From the NCBI GenBank assembly GCA_000004985.1, contig GG738848.1: a stretch of 64,000 nt of DNA; one strand, given 5' to 3'. Below are positions 49,495-57,167 of the stretch, in pieces (the stretch's first letter is position 1; each line of letters opens with the position of its first letter). A program made the position numbers and the translations under genes. A model generated the notes under the pieces. It saw only the letters and a list, made by a program, of their open reading frames with translations, had not been told where the DNA came from and searched no databases. The stretch is from Naegleria gruberi. Taxonomy: Eukaryota.

Positions 49495-49652
49495 TTAAAA
49501 AACCCTCATTGGGTATTGATCGTGACAAGGGCTATCCCGGTGTCAACATGTTAAATTATCGCCACCTTCCTGGCCGATCAAATGACACCGTCGTCTATTA
49601 AGCCAATATAATACTTACAGATATTTTCGATCTAGGGTGGGGTGGTGGGTCA

Positions 49653-49854
49653 TCTTAAGTATGTCAGTGATGGTTTCTTGAATTGTTGATTGACTCATAA
49701 TGTGTTGCAATTTTTTCAACTTGAGTTTTACTTTCCTTCAGTAAAACTCTCTATTTAACCTAAATTTTCATTGTAAAATTTAGGTTGACTACGTTACCTG
49801 GTTGTCTATTGTTTTTACAATATAAACTTACGTAAGGTGTGGACCTTACTACCA
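49653..49854. repeat. Retroelement repeat A (internal/3' copy)
   Basis: Identical to 53688..53889 by direct comparison. Confidence 0.85.
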
Positions 49855-49897
49855 TTTATAGTAAAAACAATGAGACAACAAGCTCGAAAACATTGAG
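49853..49897. repeat. Retroelement repeat B (internal copy), abutting repeat A
   Basis: catttatagtaaaaacaatgagacaacaagctcgaaaacattgag is identical to 49229..49273. It is followed by accttacta, which repeats the end of A. Confidence 0.8.
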
Positions 49898-49914
49898 ACC
49901 TTACTAGCATAAGT

Positions 49915-52900
49915 TTAGAAGCCCATCAAGTGTGAACCGTTTCTATCACCTCTAAAGTTAGCTCGAAAATATCTGTCTATAGCATCTGAATTCCAACCAC
50001 CCATGGCCTTGATGGTAGCATCAGGGATACCCATAATGGCAGCCTCCGTGGCTCCACCAATTCTCAACGAATGAGAAGAGTACTTTCCTGGATCAGCTTC
50101 GATCCATGTTGCAACCTGAGTTAAGATGTAAGAAATCTCAACTGTATTTAAAGAAAAACCACCGGTAAACAAAAACTTTCCTTTGTCTCTTGAATCAAGT
50201 AATTTTTGAAGCCATTTCATCGGACACAATTCAGAACCTGTCGCTTCGATACATGATTTTCTTCCTTTCTTATCATTCTTCACTTTTCTCACTGTTATAC
50301 TAAACCCCACCACCGGGAACTTCACAATCTTTAGATCCTCTATTAATAAACCACCCAATTCTGAACCCCTAAACATTGACCTTATACCAAAAATCATTAG
50401 GCACGTGTATAGAACATATGATTTTTCTTTAACAAACTGTCTACCAACAATTACCCATTTACAAATAAATTCTATTCTCCATGGATCTCTTTCTCTCTTT
50501 GTCGCCACTGTAGCCAGATTGCACATACCCTTTATCACCATCTGTACTCTAATGTTTACTGTAATATCCTCCCAACCAATCCTTTTACAAAAATGCTTAA
50601 TAGCATACATTGCACTTCGACAGTTATTACCAGATGGTGTTTTGATGAACATAAAGGTGAGAAATCTGACTACCATTTCACTAGTTGCTGGTGGAACCTC
50701 TTTTTGCTTAATAAGAAAGTTGATAAATCTATTCCAATAACTTTCATAGTTGTCTGTTGTGGATATTTCAATTGAACATGACATTAATGTATCTGCAATC
50801 TTACTCAAATCGTGACTCTGCAGTCTACTAATGTTGCTCTTATGGTCCAAAATCCTTTGCATGGTTCTAGGTTCCCTCCTTGGGAGGCTCTGAAATGATT
50901 TCCATCTAGATTCATAAAACGAATTTGATAACTTTCTATTATCTTCCACCACCACCTCTTTTTCCATACTGGATGAACCAATACCATAACTGCTTTGGAC
51001 TCTAGACAATGTTGTAATACTCTCCCTATTAGATTGAAAGGTACGCAGCACCAATTTACCACTGGCTCTGTCCAAAGGTGAGAGAATGAATCTGCTTTCT
51101 CTCTTCTGCTGGTCTTCTTTCTCACTGTATATGGTTTTGTCTTGAAGTTGTAATGAGAGGCGAATCTGTCCCATCCTATTGATACATCCAGCTGCTTCTC
51201 TACTAATTGAAAAGCTTCTTTGGTAATCTCCCAATCTGTTGGGTCTTTCTCTTGAATATTTCTGCTCAGATTGTCCGCTACTTGATTCTCCTCCGAAGGT
51301 AACCATTCTAACGAAAGCAAACGGATGTCGTGTTCGAAAATAATGCGCCATATTAGTTGAATCAATTGATTCATAATGGGAGACTTTGCTCTTCCCTTCA
51401 TTATACAATATAGAGCCACCTTTGAATCCGTGTAAACAATTAAATTCTTTCCTTTCAAAAGATGTGACCATTCTTTTAGGGCAAGATAGATCGCTCTCAC
51501 TTCTAATACATTGATATGTTCTTGGCATTGTTCTCCCTTCCAAAAACCTTGTAGTTTCAAATTTCTTTCTTTGTGGAAAACTCCCCATCCCAATCTCGAT
51601 GCATCTGTCCAAAAGTATTCCACTAAGCTTGGATATTGGAACACCTTTCCATTCCAATGGTCCAAGTTGTATAAAATCCATTGGAGATTGAAAATTACAT
51701 CTCGGTCTCTGATGCGAAATTCGGAATCCCAGCCTCCAATATTCACCTAGTCCACCACTAAAGAATAAATCGGATTCAACATCACCCTTGCAGGTTGGAA
51801 ACAGTCTACATAAGCAATTATAATACCAGTCATCCGAAACAGTTCTCTGGATGTTACTTTCTGATCTTGGTGATACTTGGCAAGGGCTATGGAAATACGA
51901 GTTCGAATTTTCTCTAATGTAGCTTCTGTCATAATTAATTTCCTGCTGACCAGATCTATCTTGATCCCAAGTAGTTGAAAGACTTTTAATGGAGTTAACT
52001 GACTCTTCTTCTTTTCGATAACTACACCTAATTCTGCACATACCATTGTAACGAATGTATTGTTCCTTAATGCAGATAAATAGGAACCAAAATGTAATAA
52101 ACCAACATCGTCTAAGTAATTGGATGGTGTTAAAGAATCTGATCTCAAAAAATTGATAAATACATTCATCATTTGTGTAAAAAAGTATGGAGATCCATTC
52201 CATCCAAATGGAAGGACTGTGAATTGCAAAACCTCTTCCTCTACTTGAATGGCAAAGTATGGTCTGTCCTTCCTTTTTACCTTCATCTGGTGATATCCGG
52301 ATTTCATATCGAACATAGAACCCCAAATTTGATCTGTCTTGTTCATTGGTACGTGTTCTAAAAACTTCTTCAACGTGTTGTACTTGAATTTGGGGATAGA
52401 ACAAAACCGATTGAGCGGTCTTAAATCGATAATCAGTCGGTATGATTCTTTCTTTGGGACCAGCCGATACTTGGCTATCACTTTTGGATTGTGACAAGGT
52501 TCCAAAGCTCCAATCTCTTTCAAAATACTCACTTCTCTTTTTAACCATTCTCTCTCTTCCAAAGACCATTCTTCTAAATTTACCTTTCCATAGTATGGAA
52601 CAAATTCTTCGTTTGTTTGAACTGATACACCCTCTTTCAACATATCCACTATTTCCATTGAAGCTCCTTTCTTCCTCCAGGTATCCCATTTGTTCGAAAT
52701 GGAATGAATAGCCTCTCTTCTTTCTTCTACCTCTCGGAAAAAACAAATCATCTACATACTCTGAACCCTCTCTTTTATTTCTCTTAGGGCAATCTTTGAT
52801 CAGATGGTTTGGGTCATTACAAATAAAGCATTTCTTCACTTTCTTCATACCATTAGCACTACCAAACATATTCACCTTTTCCTCTGCCTTATCTTTCTTA

Positions 52901-53754
52901 TCATAAATCTTGGCATTTGCATAGGATTTAACAAAACTTGTCTTACCCTTCTCCTTATGGTCGAACTTGAGTAGTTTTTCTGCCATCTTAAGCTTATCCA
53001 TGTTCTCACGCCATAATGGATTGCTTTCTATAAACGCCAATTTAGATGCTAATTCTGGATTGACGGCTTGAACTTGTAATTGGAAAGCTCTTGTCTCTAA
53101 GTTCGCAACCATTTTCTTCGTATCATCTATTTCTGGGAAAAGATTAGCTATCTTCATTGTAAAAGCAGAATCCTTTCTCAAATTCTCATATTCTGTAAGA
53201 AGACTAGAATTAGTTGTTGGCAATGGTGTGTAGATTGTATCTGTGTATTTTCTAACTTCAGATTCAGCTGCCAATTGTTGTAAAACACGTTCTGTTTCAG
53301 CTTTTTCCAGCTTCATCTGTGCAATCTTAGCATCGATTATTTGTTCATAAGCCTTAAATCTCTTCACATCTTCTTCTGATACCTCTTCTCTCTTTCTCTT
53401 GTTAGAGCCATCTTCAACTTCTACAACTGACTCACCATCGTCCTCTTCGTCATCATCATCGTCATCATCATCTCTTGCTTCCTTGAATGCATGTTTAATC
53501 TCATCCTTTAACTTCTCTACATCTTTACTCTTGCCACTTGTGCAAACCGTAAACTTGTCTGCACCAATAAAGTCAACAATTGCCTTTGCCAATACCTTCT
53601 TTTGGCCAGAAACTTCAATTTCCAAGGTACCTATAATCTTTTGTATCAAGGCCTTTGTTAACTTTCCAACAGCACTTTTATCATGCTTCTTAAGTATGTC
53701 AGTGATGGTTTCTTGAATTGTTGATTGACTCATAATGTGTTGCAATTTTTTCAA
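49915..53754 (-). CDS. Retroelement long ORF (1279 aa): gag (N-terminal ~335 aa) ... overprinted linker ... tyrosine recombinase (C-terminal ~300-400 aa)
   Basis: One continuous frame. The N-terminus MSQSTIQETITDILKKH has a poly-Asp tract and a CCHC knuckle. The C-terminus has the tyrosine-recombinase R..HxxR..Y motifs. The central ~600 codons overlap the RT/RNase H frame and show no domain of their own. Confidence 0.75.
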   Translation of the reverse strand: MKKLQHIMSQSTIQETITDILKKHDKSAVGKLTKALIQKIIGTLEIEVSGQKKVLAKAIVDFIGADKFTVCTSGKSKDVEKLKDEIKHAFKEARDDDDDDDDEEDDGESVVEVEDGSNKRKREEVSEEDVKRFKAYEQIIDAKIAQMKLEKAETERVLQQLAAESEVRKYTDTIYTPLPTTNSSLLTEYENLRKDSAFTMKIANLFPEIDDTKKMVANLETRAFQLQVQAVNPELASKLAFIESNPLWRENMDKLKMAEKLLKFDHKEKGKTSFVKSYANAKIYDKKDKAEEKVNMFGSANGMKKVKKCFICNDPNHLIKDCPKRNKREGSEYVDDLFFPRGRRKKRGYSFHFEQMGYLEEERSFNGNSGYVERGCISSNKRRICSILWKGKFRRMVFGRERMVKKRSEYFERDWSFGTLSQSKSDSQVSAGPKERIIPTDYRFKTAQSVLFYPQIQVQHVEEVFRTRTNEQDRSNLGFYVRYEIRISPDEGKKEGQTILCHSSRGRGFAIHSPSIWMEWISILFYTNDECIYQFFEIRFFNTIQLLRRCWFITFWFLFICIKEQYIRYNGMCRIRCSYRKEEESVNSIKSLSTTWDQDRSGQQEINYDRSYIRENSNSYFHSPCQVSPRSESNIQRTVSDDWYYNCLCRLFPTCKGDVESDLFFSGGLGEYWRLGFRISHQRPRCNFQSPMDFIQLGPLEWKGVPISKLSGILLDRCIEIGMGSFPQRKKFETTRFLEGRTMPRTYQCIRSESDLSCPKRMVTSFERKEFNCLHGFKGGSILYNEGKSKVSHYESIDSTNMAHYFRTRHPFAFVRMVTFGGESSSGQSEQKYSRERPNRLGDYQRSFSISREAAGCINRMGQIRLSLQLQDKTIYSEKEDQQKRESRFILSPLDRASGKLVLRTFQSNRESITTLSRVQSSYGIGSSSMEKEVVVEDNRKLSNSFYESRWKSFQSLPRREPRTMQRILDHKSNISRLQSHDLSKIADTLMSCSIEISTTDNYESYWNRFINFLIKQKEVPPATSEMVVRFLTFMFIKTPSGNNCRSAMYAIKHFCKRIGWEDITVNIRVQMVIKGMCNLATVATKRERDPWRIEFICKWVIVGRQFVKEKSYVLYTCLMIFGIRSMFRGSELGGLLIEDLKIVKFPVVGFSITVRKVKNDKKGRKSCIEATGSELCPMKWLQKLLDSRDKGKFLFTGGFSLNTVEISYILTQVATWIEADPGKYSSHSLRIGGATEAAIMGIPDATIKAMGGWNSDAIDRYFRANFRGDRNGSHLMGF
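50805..51746 (-). CDS. Retroelement RNase H (+ downstream domain) ORF, same frame as RT, separated from it by one TAG
   Basis: FWTDASRLGWGVF...LEVRAIYLALKEW...LIVYTDSKVALYCI are RNase H motifs. There is no ATG; it is listed with a GTG start. Confidence 0.75.
   Translation of the reverse strand: MNIGGWDSEFRIRDRDVIFNLQWILYNLDHWNGKVFQYPSLVEYFWTDASRLGWGVFHKERNLKLQGFWKGEQCQEHINVLEVRAIYLALKEWSHLLKGKNLIVYTDSKVALYCIMKGRAKSPIMNQLIQLIWRIIFEHDIRLLSLEWLPSEENQVADNLSRNIQEKDPTDWEITKEAFQLVEKQLDVSIGWDRFASHYNFKTKPYTVRKKTSRREKADSFSHLWTEPVVNWCCVPFNLIGRVLQHCLESKAVMVLVHPVWKKRWWWKIIESYQIRFMNLDGNHFRASQGGNLEPCKGFWTIRATLVDCRVTI
51747..52751 (-). CDS. Retroelement reverse transcriptase ORF, in the +1 frame relative to gag
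   Basis: LIIDLRPLNRF, KSGYHQMKV, LPFGWNGSPYFF and YLDDVGLL are RT motifs 1-5. The ORF ends with TAG at 51747..51749. Confidence 0.8.
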   Translation of the reverse strand: MICFFREVEERREAIHSISNKWDTWRKKGASMEIVDMLKEGVSVQTNEEFVPYYGKVNLEEWSLEEREWLKREVSILKEIGALEPCHNPKVIAKYRLVPKKESYRLIIDLRPLNRFCSIPKFKYNTLKKFLEHVPMNKTDQIWGSMFDMKSGYHQMKVKRKDRPYFAIQVEEEVLQFTVLPFGWNGSPYFFTQMMNVFINFLRSDSLTPSNYLDDVGLLHFGSYLSALRNNTFVTMVCAELGVVIEKKKSQLTPLKVFQLLGIKIDLVSRKLIMTEATLEKIRTRISIALAKYHQDQKVTSRELFRMTGIIIAYVDCFQPARVMLNPIYSLVVD

Positions 53755-53889
53755 CTTGAGTTTTACTTTCCTTCAGTAAAACTCTCTATTTAACCTAAAT
53801 TTTCATTGTAAAATTTAGGTTGACTACGTTACCTGGTTGTCTATTGTTTTTACAATATAAACTTACGTAAGGTGTGGACCTTACTACCA
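53688..53889. repeat. Retroelement terminal repeat A (5' copy). It contains the gag ATG.
   Basis: The 202 bp are identical to 49653..49854. The copy begins tcttaagtatgtcagtgatgg and ends ggaccttactacca. Confidence 0.85.
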
Positions 53890-53940
53890 ATTATTTAGAA
53901 TTTACAAATATAGATAATAATATACAAATAATCGGCAAGA

Positions 53941-55639
53941 TTACTTTTGAGAAACCATATTCTTTGCAATGAGGAGGGATACATTCTTTGCTGAGATTAG
54001 GTTAGTTTCCATAGTACTGACAACACTTTCAACACTATTCGTATAGTAAATATTATTGTGGAGTTTGACAGGAGGTTGAATATTATTTGGTTTGAGAATT
54101 GGATAACTTCCATGTTTCCAAACTTGTTGAACTACTGATGTGGCTCCAACAAACATTTCCTGTAATGTTTTGGTTGAAAGTGGCTCATGACTATACGATT
54201 CGAATATTCTTTCTGATTCATCAGGTGTCTTTCCAATAGGTGCAATATTATTGAGTGGTAGATATTTGGTCAAAAGTGGTTTCATTGTTGTAATATACAC
54301 ATCTGATTCAGAGCAATCAGTTCCAAAATAATTCTTGTTCAAGTCCTTTGCACGAATAATGCTAGTAATCAGAATATTCATATCACGTTTTTGTAAGGCA
54401 GATGGAGGAAGTTTGATATTTTCAAATTTGATATTTGTAAACTCGAGTGGAGTTGCAACAATTACATAATCAAATTGACCGAGTTCAGAATTGTTTCCAC
54501 TCTTGAGAGAATACTTGTTTGATGCTGGATCGAATGAAATTTCAGAAACTTCACTATTCAACTTTAAGGTCAATCGATCTTTTGGAATTGATTCAATGCA
54601 ACCAAGTGGAACTTTTGAGGTTCCTTCAAGAACATGTCTAAAATCAGAAACTGCTCCAGCTAATCCAATAATTCCTCCATAGGCACTGATTTGATCAGAG
54701 TTTTGCATATAATTGATTCTCAAAATTGGATCACAATATTCCTTGATAAAACGTTCTTGAATCCAATTATTTCTTGCATATTCATAGAAAGTCAATTTGG
54801 TCAAATCACTCATTCCAGTATCTTGACAAAAATCTTCAGTACTTTCCCATGTATAGACCTTACTCAATGTTTCTGCATTTAATGGACCAGTCGATGGCAA
54901 TTCTTGGAGTTTGTAAATATTTAAAAATCTCTCCTTTGACAAGTAGTAATTAACACTTCTCTTCAATAAGAAGAGAGGAATACCAAAATCATATCTCCAT
55001 GCTCCTCTAATTGCAGTCTTCCACCAACTGTCAGATTCACAAAATACCATTCTCTTTTCGTCACCATTAAATATACCAATTCTGACATTAAAATGAGGTT
55101 CTTCCAATGTCAAATTAAACTTTTCAATCAAGCCCAAAATGTACTTGTTTTCCAAAATGACAGATGATCCACCCACTTCATATGAATACTTTGAATTTTG
55201 TCAATTAATTTTGATTCTGAAACATTAATTATAATAAACAAACCTTGTATGGATCCTTCTCATCCTGATACAAGACCATTTCCTTCAAACGACCTCCAAC
55301 TCGATCATCCCTCTCATAAACCACCAATTCAATTTCTCTCTTCATTTCTTGAGAATTGGAATTTGGCTCTGGTGAAGAAGAAGAGGAATCATTTTCTCTT
55401 CTATTCATCTCATCAACCAATTCGGAGAGAAAGTAGGCAGAGCCAGAACCAGAAATTCCACTGCCAATAATTGCAACTCTCTTATTGATCATTGAATTAT
55501 TAGCAACCTTTGGTGTTTCAGCTTGAATGGTTGTTGTAGGAAGGATCATGGAGTTTTTAGTGTGAGAAAAGTAGTTAGATCCGATCAAGCCAACTGAACC
55601 AACAGACAAAGTGGCAGCAACTAGACGTTTTAAAGACAT
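53941..55639 (-). CDS. Prenylcysteine oxidase (PCYOX1-like FAD flavoprotein), 2 exons, with a signal peptide
   Basis: Exons are about 55229..55639 and 53941..55187, with a phase-0 junction ...DEKDPYK|YSYEVGGSSVIL. Collinear with PCYOX1. The FAD motif is VAIIGSGISGSGSAYFL, followed by ELVVYERDDRVGGRL. Further matches are YEVGGS, DPILRINYMQNSDQISAYGGIIGLAGA and YVIVATPLEF. Confidence 0.8.
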
Positions 55640-55689
55640 TTTTTTTGATTGTAAAATGTCAAACCAATATGAGAATCTATTTGCAGCTT

Positions 55690-56816
55690 TGAGTTTCCAT
55701 AACTTTCAATCTGCTTGCTGTATCTTTAATTTATTTTCATGATTTTCTTCATATTCAAATATTCTTTGTAAATAGTAGAATATGTAAATATCTGAATGAA
55801 TACTTCCTGGAGGTAGTTCAACACCAGTGTATGTTCTTCCAATAGTGACATAGCCTTGCATTCCTTCATCGTAAATGTGGAATGAATCGTTTCTTCATGC
55901 CTGGAATTTTAAAATCCAAAACACAGCTGGAGAATATGCAAGATCAGTTTGAACAGCAGCTTCATCATGTTGATTAAGCTTAGATGGATTATTTTTAAAT
56001 AATCTAATTGAGTAATGTCATAAATATTTCTAACAGGATCATTAACAGATATTGCATGTCTGAGACATTTCCAGGATTCTTCTAGTGGATGTTGAAATGT
56101 AGTTACAACTTTGTACAAGTGCATGCCCTCGTGCTTTTGATCTTCATCAAACACATATTGAGTTTTGAAAGATTTCCAACTTTTTCGATAATGGAGAGGA
56201 AGAGGTTCTAAATTTCTACAGGATGAGGTTTGTTGATCATTATTTTGATGCAACAATTATAACCTTTAAAGCCGAATATTAAAACAAGATACTGAGTCTT
56301 CCATAACACTGATTGCAAAGTAAATCTCTCGATCCTCAATTGTTTTTCTGGTCAACTCTTTTGGTTTGAATCTAAAATCCACATAAAACCTTTGGAAATG
56401 TCAATCGCAATTGAACGAGTAAATAATTCGCCTTGTTTTTCGAGAAATTCTACAATCATAGAACTTCTAGCAAATCTCAAAAACTGATCGCTCATCAAAT
56501 CCAAAGAGACTGAGAAAATTACATCTTTGAACAATTCATCAAGATCCAATTTGTACTTGTTGCCATAGTGTTAGAACTTTTGACTTTGTGACAATTCCTA
56601 AATTTAGTTCATTCACACTGCCTGTTTTGATGAAGGTGTTAATCAGTTTGCTGCACTGATGGTTCATGTTTGACTGGTTGATACAATTTTCTGAACTCAT
56701 CAATTTCGTTAAGGAAAAGAATGGTTTCTTCACTATGTGCAACTTGTTTCTCAAACATCATCAATTTGCACACCTGCCGTGCATCTCTATTCTTCATCAA
56801 GTTTAAATTTCTCCTC
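55690..56816 (-). pseudogene. RGS-domain gene disrupted by multiple frameshifts
   Basis: The RGS box is readable only by changing frame twice. Frame 1 reads MMFEKQVAHSEETILFLNEIDEFRKL then a stop. Frame 2 reads CSKLINTFIKTGSVNELNLGIVTKS then a stop. Frame 3 reads LDELFKDVIFSVSLDLMSDQFLRFARSS. The frame changes fall within about 30 nt, which is too short for introns. Further downstream, fragments are scattered over 3 more broken frames. Confidence 0.5.
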
Positions 56817-57167
56817 ATTTTTCAAATTAGCAAACAGGCCATTCAATGTTAAAACGATGCCTATTTTAACGAACCTATCAACTATTAGATATGGTTTTAT
56901 TAAGCAAAACTACATTGTAACAAACTTTGAAATGACGCTGGGTAGCTTTCTCTTTTTATACAACAACAACTCATTGGATAGAGCAAATCCCACTTCTAGG
57001 CACAGCCAGCAATAAATGGCATCTAAGGAAAGCAAATTCTGAATCACTAGTGTTCTTTATAAATCCATATTGAAAGCCTGAAGCAAAGCAAAGCCTCAAC
57101 ATAGTGCTTTAGGGAGATGGTTTTCGTCGGGTTGACCCAAAATTGGCTTATTTCAAATAAAAATTGT

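Larger units (their letters stand above)
49229..53889 (-). mobile_element. Full-length tyrosine-recombinase retrotransposon (DIRS order, PAT-like split direct repeats), about 4.66 kb, coding on the minus strand
   Basis: It encodes gag with a CCHC knuckle, CFICNDPNHLIKDCPKRNK. The RT motifs are SGYHQM and YLDDVGLL. The RNase H motifs are TDASRLGWG and IVYTDSKVALY. The tyrosine recombinase carries HSLRIGGAT...GGWNSDAIDRYF at the C-terminus. The repeat architecture in element orientation is A(53889..53688) - internal - B(49897..49853) - A(49854..49653) - spacer - B(49273..49229). The two A copies are identical over 202 bp. There are no LTR-type TG..CA ends. Confidence 0.85.

Noticed and set aside
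49915-53754. Treating the central ~600 codons of the 1279-aa retroelement ORF as a real protein domain
   Set aside because: This stretch is the alternate frame of RT/RNase H. It has a compositionally odd, motif-free sequence. It is reported as an overprinted open frame (finding) rather than annotated as a domain.
56737-57015. Plus-strand ORF 56737..57015 (92 aa)
   Set aside because: It overlaps the upstream end of the minus-strand RGS pseudogene and has no features of its own. It is likely spurious.
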